64,000 bases of DNA from Ginglymostoma cirratum (Eukaryota): positions 1 to 64,000 of the forward strand of contig JAHRHZ010000143.1 in the NCBI GenBank assembly GCA_024137785.1, in the 5' to 3' direction. Shown here piece by piece: positions 53,561 to 64,000 of this stretch; the stretch's first letter is position 1, and each line of letters starts with the position of its first letter. The notes under the pieces were generated by a model. It ran no database searches. It saw only the letters and a list, made by a program, of their open reading frames with translations, and was not told the DNA's origin. Made by a program: the position numbers and the translations under genes.

Positions 53561-53769
53561 AGGGATATTACATGCCCTCTGTGACGTGACTCCCCCCCAT
53601 CTCTGTCTCTGTAACACACACCCCTACCTCCCCCTATCTCTGTAACAACCTTGGTAATATGTCCCCATCCTCTCTCCCCATGTAACATCCTCCCCTTCTC
53701 TCCTTTTGTATCCTGTTTCTCCATTTCATTCTCTCTGCACTCTGCTCTATTCCTACTTTCCCCACTGAG

Positions 53770-53890
53770 TTCCTTCTTTCTGTAAAAGCAACATGAAGAT
53801 CTGGAGATGCTGGGACTCTGAAACAAAACGGAGATACTGGAGAAACTCAGCAGGTCTGGCAGCTTCTGTGGAGAGAGAAACAGAAGTGTC
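53770..53890 (-). mobile_element. PLE tail fragment (second family)
   Basis: tactggagaaactcagcaggtctggcagc matches the tail family at 54900-54950. Confidence 0.7.
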
Positions 53891-53909
53891 ACTAGGCTGT
53901 TTTATTTCC

Positions 53910-54385
53910 CTCTCTAACATGCTGCTCAGTTTCTCTAGGATTCTTTCTAACATACTACTGTTTCTCCAGGACTCTCTGTTTCTCTCTTTCTGTTGTAACG
54001 CTGAGTTTCTCTGGGAACCTGTGTTTCTCTCTCTCTCTCTAATATATTGCCCAGTTTCTCCAGGACTGTTTTTTCCCCTTTTTAATATATTGCGCAGTTT
54101 CTCCAGGATTCTGTGTTTATCTCTCTAATATATTGCCCAGTTTCTCCAGGCCTCTGTGTTTTTCTCTCTCTCTTTAATATATTGCCCAGTTTCTCCAGGA
54201 TTCTGATTTTTTCCTTTTTTTCAATATATTGCTCAGTTTCTCCACAACTCTGTGTTTATGTCTCTCTCTGATATATTGCTCAATTTCTCCAGAACTCTGT
54301 GTTTTTGTCTCTAATATATTGCTCAGTTTCTGCAGGACTCTCTTTGGTTTTTCCTCTTTCCAACATGCTGCTCAGTTTCTCTGTT
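53910..54385 (+). repeat. Minisatellite, about 11 units of about 40-48 bp, upstream of TMEM192
   Basis: Recurrent ctctctaatatattgc(c/t)cagtttctccagga(c/t)tctgtgttt. Confidence 0.9.
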
Positions 54386-54409
54386 TTTTCTGTCTTTCAG
54401 GACAGTCTC

Positions 54410-54790
54410 TGCTCCCACGTGCGCCAGCAGTTTGCAGCTCGGGAACAATTTAAATGCGGAACCTAGAAACCGTACCTGCTGAGGGGGTCAGGACGGGGTT
54501 GCGTGGCGGACGAGGGAAGTACCAGATTAGTAGGACGCCGAGCGGCAGTGTGGAGCCTGTCATCCTGGGGAATCAGTTAACTCCACCTCGTTCTTTCCTG
54601 TTTCTGTATTTTCTCACGCCTACTACTCAGGATGAACCCGGAGCCGAGGGACCGGCAGGAGGTGAGTCAGCAGCGGGCAAAAGTTCCGTTTTAGCTCACG
54701 GCTTTGCTGGGACCGCTCCCGATGACGTCGGGGTGGGGTGGCTGTCAATCACCCATGTTCCCCCCCTCCCATCCCATCCTAGACGTGCAG
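54410..54790 (+). promoter_or_regulatory. CpG island / TMEM192 promoter region
   Basis: CpG-rich stretch around exon 1; CRE-like TGACGTC at about 54723. Confidence 0.75.
54632..54661 (+). CDS. TMEM192: TMEM192 coding exon 1 (MNPEPRDRQE)
   Basis: ATG at 54632 in a CpG-rich region; 10 codons then GAG|gtgagt donor, phase 0, compatible with the phase-0 exon at 60575. The human first coding exon is similarly short (MAAGGRMED, recalled). Confidence 0.8.
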
Positions 54791-54863
54791 CAGGATTTCA
54801 CTGAATCATTGCTCATTCTTCCCCACTGCCTGGCTCTTTTCAATGCACATGAAGAAAACTTGG

Positions 54864-55125
54864 AATAAAAACAGAATGAACAGCGGATGCTATAAGTCAG
54901 GAACAAAAGCAGAAGTTGCTGGAGAAGCTCAGCAGGTCTGGCAGCATCTGAAGAAGAAAACAAAATCAGAGTGAATGTTCTGGGTCTGGTGACCCTTCCT
55001 GTGAGGAGAGGTCATTAACTGTTTTGTTATTCCTTCTACACAGATGCTGCCAGACCTGCTGAGATTTTCCAGCAACTTCTGTGTTTTGTTCCTGATTTAC
55101 AGCATCTGCAGTTCTTTTGGGTTTT
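54864..55125. mobile_element. Palindromic mini-element from a second PLE tail family, TMEM192 intron 1
   Basis: agaagttgctggagaagctcagcaggtctggcagcatctg mirrored by cagatgctgccagacctgctgagattttccagcaacttct. The arms meet at broken hammerhead cores near 55000. Confidence 0.8.
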
Positions 55126-56754
55126 ATAACCTATGCAAGGATATGAGAAAGAGGAATCCAGGATAAGAACAAAAGACAGAAAGAGAAGTAAGAAAAGTGA
55201 TGGTTAGAGAAATCAAAGGCTAGCATCAAACAAGACTACAGTGAAAATAATAGAAACAGGACACCATTAAAAGAAAAGGCCTAAGGTGTTGTGCCTTAAT
55301 GTGTCAAGCATTGGCAATTAAGTGGATGAATTAATTAAACAAATAGGTGAAAGTGGGTATGATATTATCAGGATTACAGAAACCAAGCAGCAAGGTGACC
55401 AAGGATGGGAAACAAACATCTATGGGACTCTGTATTTAGGAAGGACAGACTAAAAGGAAAAGATGGTGGAGTCGTACCTCTGGTTAAAGGAAATATTGAA
55501 TGCAATACTGAGGAGGAGTATTAGCTCTAACCATGTGGAATCTGAAGAGCTGAGTAACGCTAAGGGGCAAAATACATTGGTGGTTGTATGTAGACCCCCA
55601 AACTGTAGGGGTGATTTTGGAAATGGCATTAAACAGGAAATTAGATTCACATGCAATATTGGAATATCTGGAACTTATGGGTGACTTTAATCTGCATATA
55701 GATTGGGCAAATCAAATCAGAAGCAACACTGTGTTGTGGAGGAATTCCTGGAGTGTATACAAGATAATTTTTTCCACCAATATGTGGAGGGACCAACTGG
55801 AGCCAGAGTAATTAAAAAAGGAATAATTGGCAGTCTAGTTGTGCGAAGCCCCTTGAGGACAAGTAAGGATAATATGATCATTCTTCATCAAGCTGGAGAG
55901 TAATGTAGTTGATTCTGAGATGATAGTCCTGAATCTAAATAGACAAAACTATAATATTATGAGATATTGACTGATGGATTGAGCAATTTTATTTAAAGGG
56001 ATGACAATAGCAAACATTCAAATGACAGGCAGTGACTAGTGGGGTAACATAAGGATCGGAGTTTGAACCCCAGCTATTTGCAATACATGTTAATGATTTT
56101 AGATGAAGAAACTAAACATAATATCTCCAAAATTGCAGATAACACAAAGCTGAGTGGGAAGGTGAACTATGAGGAGGATGCAGTGATGCTTCAGTGTGAC
56201 TTTTTAAAAAATTTTGGCGAGCTAAGTGAGTGGGCAAATGCAGTATAATGTGGTTAAATGTGAGGTTATTCACTTTTTGGTATCAAAAATGGGAAGCTTA
56301 TTATGTAGATGGCTATAAATTGAAAGACAGAAATGTTCAATAAGACCTGGGTGTCCTCATACACCAATGGCAGCAGGTAAGCATGCATGTGCAACAGGCA
56401 GTGAAGAAAGCAAATAGTATGTTGGCCTTCATAGTGACAGGTTTCAAGTACAAGACCAGGGACGACCTGTTGCAATTATACATGACCTCTTGTGAGACCT
56501 TGCCTGGCATATTGTGTGCAGTCCTAGTCTCCTTAATTGAGGAAGGAAGAGAGTGCAGCGAAGGTTTACCAGATTGATTCCTGGGATGGCAGATCAGAGG
56601 TTGAAGCAGTCAGAATTGTATTTGCTGGAGTTCAGAAGAATGAAAGGAGCATCTCAGAAATCTATAAAATTTCAAAAGGACCAGACAGAGTAGATACAGG
56701 AACAATCTTCCTGATAGAAGGGGAATCCAAAATTAGGTGTCACTGTCTAAGGAT

Positions 56755-57005
56755 GTTGAGGTGCCAATGTTGGACTGGGATGGACAAGGTCTGAAGCCAC
56801 ACAACACCAGGTTATAGGCCAACAGGTTTTTTGAAATCACCAAGCTTTTGGAGCACTGCTCCTTTGTCAGGTGAAGTGAAGAGAAGCACGCAGGCATATA
56901 ATAACACAACTGTACAAACTAATTAAGGTTGGTAGATCATAAGTTACCAAGGTGATAGTATCAAAACAGGACACTAAGGAAGATCTTACAGATACAGAAG
57001 CTCCC
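56755..57005 (-). mobile_element. 3' end of a further PLE lineage inserted in CR1
   Basis: Distinct tail (cacacaacaccaggttatag...aacagg) with a degenerate hammerhead; interrupts CR1 sequence that resumes near 57010. Confidence 0.65.
56838..56873 (-). ncRNA. Degenerate hammerhead motif
   Basis: CAC-CUGACAA-A-GGAGC-agu-GCUCC-AAAA-GCUU-GGUG: stems kept, two core G>A changes. Confidence 0.5.
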
Positions 57006-58232
57006 AGAGAGTGGCCAGTCTGTGAAACTTCTACCACAGAAAGCTGTAAGGCCAAAACATTGCATGACTTTCAAGAAGAACTTGATTCCAGTATTTTGAG
57101 GCTGAAGGGATCAAAGGACATGGCGGTGGAGGGGGATAATCAAGAATAGGTTGAGTTGGATGACCAGCCATCATCATAATGAATGTAGAGCAGGCTCGAA
57201 GGGCCAAATGGTTTCCTCCTATTTTTACGTAATACTGGCAGCTGCTGCTAATAAAACAGATGTGGTTGCTATGATCTGAAATTGTTGAGTCTGACAGACC
57301 AGAAAGGAAGTGGAATGCAATGAAGATGAACAAAATAGAGACCAGTTGAAATGGTGTCAGGAAGAAGAACAGAGCTCCTTGGTGACAGTGAATAAATCAC
57401 TATTACAAAAGCAAAATGCTGCAGATGCTAGAAACTGCAATGTAAGTAGACATTGCTGTAAATATATAGCAGGCAAGGCACTATTTTGGTGTTCATTAAT
57501 CACTCCTGTTTATGCCAGCAGTACCTTTTCACTTTGCTTTCTGCACATTTTGCAGTGCTCAAACTACAAAATGTTAGTTGTGTAACGCTGAACCTTGGGA
57601 TCGATCTATGCTGCAAAATGTCCACCACTCCCCAGCAAATTGTTCCCAGATTTGATTGTTGCTAACCACCAACTATCTTTAACTGGAATTTTAAAAATTG
57701 AGCTATTTGTCACTGATCTACGTGCTGTTATATCTCAGAGACCCCCAGTTTTTTAAATACAATATGAAATATGGTTATTTACTGAAAGAATGAAACTATA
57801 AATTTCTACAGTTTAAAGCAAGATTATTGACACTCGAATGGTTTCTTTTTTTTAAAAAAAAGCAAACACAAAGTACTCTTTATCCTATACACTTAACATG
57901 CAGCAGCAACATGAGCTAAACATGAATGAACAGGCAAATTGTGGTTGAAATATGAGTAGTGTATTTAAATATAACTGAAGCAGATCTTATAAATTTGGCT
58001 CAGGAGTCCATTAGACTTTGGCAATTGCACTCTGTCATAAAGTCCTTTTAAGCTCTGTCTTCCTCAGGAGGAACTTCAGCTCCTTTCATTCTAGGAGTTA
58101 ATTTGATTCCCAGCTGACAGCAGCACACAACTAATCTAAATTCCACCGTCCCAGTCTTTATCACAATGGCTCATAATTGTTGACTCTGCTTGTCTTGATG
58201 CTGTATGTCCACCGAACAGCTCAGTATCTTTT

Positions 58233-58263
58233 TAGATCCTAGATCCTAGATCCTGGATCTGGA
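58233..58263. repeat. Short (TAGATCC)n tandem
   Basis: tagatcctagatcctagatcctggatctgga. Confidence 0.8.
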
Positions 58264-60574
58264 CTGTTGTCTTTAAGCTTGTTTATACTGGTACAGGCAA
58301 ATGTCCTTTCTATATCTTTTAAACAAGTCAGTTTATTGAAAGTTTTTTTGATTTCCAAACTTCAGTTTGTTTTTGCTTCCTGAGAAACTGGGAGAGTCAG
58401 TTTCCTTTCTTTTATTACAGTTTTGTTTCTATGTTATCTGTTCTATTCTCTTTCCTTTTCAATGTATGCTGTTTTAGTCAGGGTCTGCCTCAAACTAAGC
58501 TAAATCGGAAGCTACAAATTTCCACACAATGGTGACTACTTCAGAAATTAATCCATAAAATATTTTTTTAAAAATCTGACTATTTTAAGAAATGAAACTT
58601 ATTGCTTCTATAAATTGTGTGTATAATAACTCGTATGTCGCAGGCTTGCAACACCTGCCTGGTCTGCTAGTAAATCCATATAATAACTGTACTTCTGTTG
58701 TACACTTTCCTCATTAAAGTTTTTTTGCATTTTCTGATAAATCAGAAATACTATAATATATTTTCAACTCTTTCATAAGTTTGAAAATGTAATAGAAACT
58801 AAACTAAACCGATCTATAATCATTTAATACAATTTTCCAACAAACGTGCCTGACTTGATCAAAACTATAGCTGTAATTGTAAATCTCAGGCCAACCTTGA
58901 ATGCTTGAGAAATCTGTACTTTACAATCAGTTACACATCAGAGAGGTAGTGTAGCTTAATGGGAATTTCCCATGTCGAGCTGCAATGATGTTGTTCAACT
59001 GTCTTGAGGAGCTAATCACCACTAATTTTCAGAACAAATCAGGAAATAAAAATCAAAGCTTCTGAAAATCTTTTAGTGAAATAAAGATTTAGTGCATACA
59101 GGTGATTGAAGCTGAAATGCCATGAAGGTGATGAATTATTGTAGACCAACTTTTTTTTTTGCCAAAAAAACTAATGATTATTTACACCACTTTTTTAAAA
59201 GGGGCTGATTAGTTGTTCAACAGTTGGTATTACTCAGATCACTGACATTTTAATAATCCGGTAACCGCTGCTGAACGTGTTTTTTCTGGTATGATCAGGG
59301 AGATGGAAATGGGGTGGGTGACAAATGGGCAACTTCAGGATTTTACCTTTTATAATCTACTCGCACCAAATCCTGCGGTCTAATTTGAGAGCAGTAATGA
59401 CATTGTATGCTAACCATTTGCTATTTTAAAAACTCAATTGTACAAATTTCAAGTTAGGGCCTTTAATTTGATTAACAATTGCATTAATATGGTTCACCTA
59501 ACTAAAAAGTGTTTTGTGAATATTTTTGATTTATGTTTTTATTCCCTCAAAAAGTCAGAATTTTGACTTTGCTTTTTGTCTGTATTACTACCATTAATGA
59601 ACGGAATTATTACTTGTGGTTGCAATTCCTCAAGTGCCAATGATTTTCTGGGAAGTGATAATGCAATTCGAAGTCTGCCTTTTCTTGCATTGTAGTTTGT
59701 GCTTTTTGTTTTCCTGAATGGTTTCAACCAATGTAATGCTTTTGAGAATTTCACAGGACAACTATCTAATTTTTACAAGCTAGACAACTGAAACAGCGAA
59801 TAATAATTTGAGCACCTTTTTTCGTTTTCCTTTAACATCAGAATTTTAAAACACTTTCTTAGAGAAATTACTTCCTTGACCATAGAATCTGAAATTTGTA
59901 TTTAGCTGAATTTTTAATTATATCAGCATGTCCATCTAAATATTTTAACCAAACCTGAAAGCTAATTTACTTGCCACAAAGCAACCGTCATTGATTTATG
60001 GTTTTATCTGAATTCTGAGTAATGTTGGACCTTGATTTTTGAAGGTCGTGTGAACATTTTTGTCCTCCAGCAGCCTATATACTTAAAATTATTGAATTTG
60101 AAATTTTGTGCAACTGATCTGTTCCCTTCTGAATTGTTTTAAATGTAACAATAGAGAAGTCCTTTGTCTTCTGAGATGTTTAAATGCAAACCAAGTTTGT
60201 ATTGGCGGATCTATCATTGTACTGTTAATATGTTGTCAGGGTCCTTGTGCCTGTTTCTTCACACTGCTAAAGAAAGGAACTTGTACCCTAATGAGCTGTG
60301 GATGGTGTGTAATGCATTTAATATGCACCTGGATCTCTTTCATCAGGAAAGTGTTTGTGCTGTCTGAGGGGTGATGTGGGAAAACAGGATGTGAAGATTT
60401 TACTGTTAAATGTCACCTTTTGTGCAGTTAAGACACAAAGCTGAAAGTGTGTTTATTGCAGACTATCAATGCCAAACATGATTGCTCTAAGTGGTGTAAG
60501 CAAACATCCTGTTGGACAAAGGATATAATCAGGTGTCTTCAGTATATTTTTTTCATGCATCGTTTTTTTTCCAG

Positions 60575-60724
60575 AACTTATTCACGGATGCAACCCAAAG
60601 TGTGGAAGAGGATCCACTAATAGACCATTGCCTTCTTTATGGTGATGCTCTAGTTGGTGATATGCGAGCTCATTTCAAAGGTGTGCCAACAGTCTGTTGG
60701 GGAATTCTGTTAGCATTTCTGCAT
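60575..60724 (+). CDS. TMEM192: TMEM192 coding exon 2 (NLFTDATQSVEEDPLIDHCLL...PTVCWGILLAFLH)
   Basis: Acceptor ttttttttccag, donor CAT|gtgagt, 150 nt. Matches recalled human TMEM192 'DITQSIEDDPLLDAQLL...RFHPLPTVIIVNLLWFIH'. Confidence 0.95.
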
Positions 60725-61579
60725 GTGAGTGTTAGATTTCCTACACAGGAACCTCTCTGATTAGAGATTATTTGACTTGTATTGCAGTGCAATGTTGGTT
60801 TTCTTAGTGTGTAATGCTATACTGAAAATGCTGCAAAAAGTAATAAATCTTAACAATTGCTACTTTTACTAGGACATTCTGACAACATAATATCTTTTGA
60901 AAATAGAATAAAATTTATTTCATGACATAAATATTCCCTAGTAAACAATGTAGCAAATGATGTCATAGTTTACATTCACTTCATTTTAAGTGACTTTTTT
61001 AAACCCTGTGTAGTTGATATTTATTTTGTAGGGTGAATAGAGAAACTACCCATGCTTTATTTAAAAAGCAAAATTGTCGGTGTAGGTAGTATATTTTTGG
61101 CACAGACCCGATGGGCTGAAGCACCTCTTCTACACTGTATGATTCCATGATTCTTCTAAAATGGACATTATTGACAGAATAACGCTTCTATCTGCTCAAT
61201 GATGACTATCTTCAATGTGACATGTATGACAAAATTTCTTAAAGTGAAACTTTAATAAAAGCATTTTTTGTTTTTGTCTGCTAAAAGCACACCATTGTGG
61301 ACTTTAAAAGTACTGTATTCTTAAAACAACTTTTTTAAAACGCCAATTTCACCCCATAAACCCAAATCTTAACTCTGCAGTTTCCTGAAATCTTATGATC
61401 AGAACATTTAGAGTTTATGATTGGCCTGAATTAAAGTTGACTTGCATATGAAATAATAAACTGAGGTTGTTGAAATCATTTTTTGTAAACCATTTTTTGT
61501 GACCTAAGTGACAGTAATTTTCACAAAACAGGGCCCCATTATCAGAAACATGAATCTCTAACTTTATAGAGTCACTCAC

Positions 61580-61690
61580 TAGAGTGTAAAGGCAAGCCAT
61601 TCGGCCCATTGAGTCCACGCTGACCCTGCTAAGAGCATCCCACTCTTCTGTCTTCCCCCCGCTCCCCCATTAAAAATCCCTGCATTTCCC
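61580..61690 (-). mobile_element. HE1-type SINE 3' fragment
   Basis: gccattcggcccattgagtccacgctgaccc...agagcatccca matches the tails at 4580-4640 and 40680-40730. Confidence 0.65.
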
Positions 61691-62048
61691 AACTTGTAAC
61701 CATTGAAGTCAATTTAACCTTTGATACACACGATGTGTTCCAGGTATTATTAAATATGGCCATGGATGAAGGCTTTCACTTTCATTTTGAAATGAAACCG
61801 ACATGGGAATATTCTTGAGTAAGAAATAACTGACCCTACAAATAAATGCAAGACTACTGAGGTTTAGATAAGAAACACTTCTAAAATCTTTCTACATGAC
61901 ATTTCTGTTAATAGTGAACTTGTGCAGTTAAACCATATATGCAAAACTAAAGCATTATGTGGATTCATTGGTTTTAACAAAATAAATTTGCTTTGCTATC
62001 AAATTCCATATCCTTTTTTTAATGGAGTAAGTATCTTCTTTGTTCTAG

Positions 62049-62301
62049 GTTGCTTTTGTAGTTTTGGCATTCCTTTTGGTCTTTTTGTGTGAAACACCAG
62101 CTGAACTTTGCAGAAGCGTCCTTGGGTCCTTCAACGCTGTGATCATTATAACAATTACAAAAGTTATCCTTTGGGCTGTCTATGCTGTCTTTGAATATTA
62201 CTTGCAAGTTCAGCATTCCAAGTTCAGAACGAGAGGCTATCTGGAATTGTACCGCTCCATAAGGCATCTGAAGCGCCTGCCGCTACTTATTCATTCTGCA
62301 G
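62049..62301 (+). CDS. TMEM192: TMEM192 coding exon 3 (VAFVVLAFLLVFLC...KVILW...HSKFRTRGYLELYRSIRHLKRLPLLIHSAG)
   Basis: Acceptor cttctttgttctag, donor CAG|gtgagg, 253 nt (ends phase 1). Matches recalled human 'LVFVVLAFL...KVILW...[31 protein letters not shown]'. Later exons lie beyond the window. Confidence 0.96.
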
Positions 62302-63377
62302 GTGAGGAAGTAATTGCCAGGATAAGGGTGTTTGGGTACTTAACTAATACCTATGACATGCAAAGTTCCTTGGAGGATAAAGGCATCACCTGATACACTG
62401 TTAAGTTATGTGGATTTGAAAATCACATTTGCTTGCATTCTCATACAAGAGAATGCTCTGCTTTGAAGGTAGAAAGTGGTAACACACCTTGAACTGCAAA
62501 CTAACTGGAGGAGATAGCAAAATTCTTTCTGTTGCAGCACACTGAACTGGAAAGAAGTTTGCTCCAGTCATCTTGCATCATTTTGAGGTGGTGGCCTTCA
62601 GCAAAATATCACTAATCTCCACATCTAGCCAAATGTATACATACACTTACTTCTCGGATATGGTGTAAAAACTTTGTAAACTACTCCATGGCATAAATGG
62701 GGCAGTTATTTCATGCAGGGGATTCTGCTTATAACACTGTTACATCATGTTGTAGAAAATTGCGCTATAGAAATAACGGGGCTTATAGGAAAAGTGAGGT
62801 TAAGGGCAGACCACCAAAAAACGTCACTCAAAATCACAGAAAATTCTTCCTCATCACTCTCCCATAAGTATTGGTGCCATGTCCGTCACTTGTGTGAGCC
62901 TTGAAACTTCTAATCAAATAAAATCTATTCACTTGCAACATAGTCTGCATCACAGCCTAGCCCATTGCTGATCTGACTTGACATTCCGTCAGCACAGACT
63001 TCTGGATAGATTGTCAGATAAGTGAGGCAGAGGAATCTGACCTTTCTTCCGTATGTAGCCCATTGACATTGAAGTTAATTGTTGGATTAAAATGTGTGAT
63101 AAACCTGAGTAACATTGTATTCAAAATAGTGCTGGTAAAGAGCAGGTTGTAACAGACAACTTATTTTGTTATAAATGATTTACATGGGCAAGTTCAAAAG
63201 TTCTCACATATTTAATATGTAACAAAATCTAGGCAGAAATAATACACACAAAGGTGCATGTTTTATCAGCATTCATTATTTTAAACTATACTTCATTAAA
63301 TGCCAAAAAGTGTTCAGCATAAACTCTTCAAACTAAGACGTCACGTATTTTCTTAATAAGACAATTGTTCTCTATGA

Positions 63378-63549
63378 GATAACAAGGTGTAGAGCTGGAT
63401 GAATACAGCAGGCCCAGCAGCATCAGAGGAGCAGGAAAGCTGACGTTTTGGGTCTGGACCCTTCTTCAGTGGATCTCTCTCCCACTGCAACCCTCTTGTA
63501 ATCACCTTGTTATCTCAGATTCTCCAGCATCTGCAGTTCCTACTGTCTC
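63378..63549. mobile_element. Inverted two-arm PLE-tail mini-element in TMEM192 intron 3
   Basis: Minus arm 63378-63469, short filler, plus arm 63503-63549. Imperfect TSD tgttctctatga/tgttctctgtaa. Confidence 0.82.
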
Positions 63550-64000
63550 TGTTCTCTGTAAGAGATTTCATTTGAGGTTTATGACATACAATCCAACTAC
63601 CATTTTCAAATGAGCTCATTATGTCTTACTCTGAACATTTTCAATCCTAGTAGGTGGTGTTTTAAAAAAAAAAGGAAATTTTTCTTTGACAAAGCCCGTG
63701 ACATCAATGCTTACTCGATGGAATCACGTTATAGCTAACACAAGTTCGCGTTTTAGAAATAATGTTTCCCCTATTCATCAATTGCGTTATATCCAATTCG
63801 CATTGCTGGAACACATGTTATTAGCAGAACTCCCTGCAGTGTAAATGGAATAGTTACTTCAACTCTTAAAGACTGCAGCTGACCTTTGCAGCATCATTTC
63901 CTGAAGCACTATGAAAACGATATTAACAAAGTGAGTGTTTTTGTTGTTACTAACAATTGCTATTACAGTGCTGAATCTGTTTGTTTTTTTTCTTGTCAAA

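Larger units (their letters stand above)
55280..57215 (+). mobile_element. CR1 LINE (endonuclease and RT remnants) in TMEM192 intron 1
   Basis: MGDFNLHIDW endonuclease motif; ISKIADNTKLSG RT motif; VKKANSMLAFI. Confidence 0.87.

Noticed and set aside
53910-54385. CRISPR-like spacing of repeats
   Set aside because: The intervening sequences are degenerate copies of one another, there are no cas genes and the context is vertebrate; it is a minisatellite.
54454-54804. 116-aa ORF over the TMEM192 promoter
   Set aside because: Different frame from the spliced TMEM192 start, runs through the donor site and has no recognisable homology.
63840-63936. Possible cassette exon (ctgcag acceptor at about 63839, gtgagt donor at 63931)
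   Set aside because: No similarity to TMEM192 exon 4 in any frame; isolated splice-like motifs are common.

Overview
Eukaryotic, repeat-dense vertebrate DNA, most likely a shark (inferred from HE1-type V-SINEs, HER1/CR1 LINE tails and the Penelope-like element families). Almost all listed ORFs are spurious or decayed transposon frames. Two host genes diverge from an intergenic region of about 34 kb. TMEM192 lies on + with coding exons 1-3 at 54632-54661, 60575-60724 and 62049-62301, well supported by protein similarity and splice phases. A probable KLHL2 first coding exon lies on - at a CpG island near 20.3 kb, with a candidate alternative first exon at 2596-2657. The rest is nested transposon debris: a decayed two-LTR Gypsy element, CR1/L2/RTE/Tx1 LINEs, Harbinger remnants, a Tigger-like MITE, two SINE families and many Penelope-like elements (PLEs). 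The strongest non-routine signal is a set of at least 12 minimal hammerhead-ribozyme motifs from several PLE lineages. Many sit in tiny (87-200 bp) inserts flanked by target-site duplications (TSDs), whose 5' junctions fall at or within about 10 nt of the CUGANGA core. Several inserts are inverted two-arm structures with one short end and one end carrying an extra tail of about 30-35 nt. Hammerheads in PLEs are already known; the junction clustering and the palindromic mini-elements are what merit testing.
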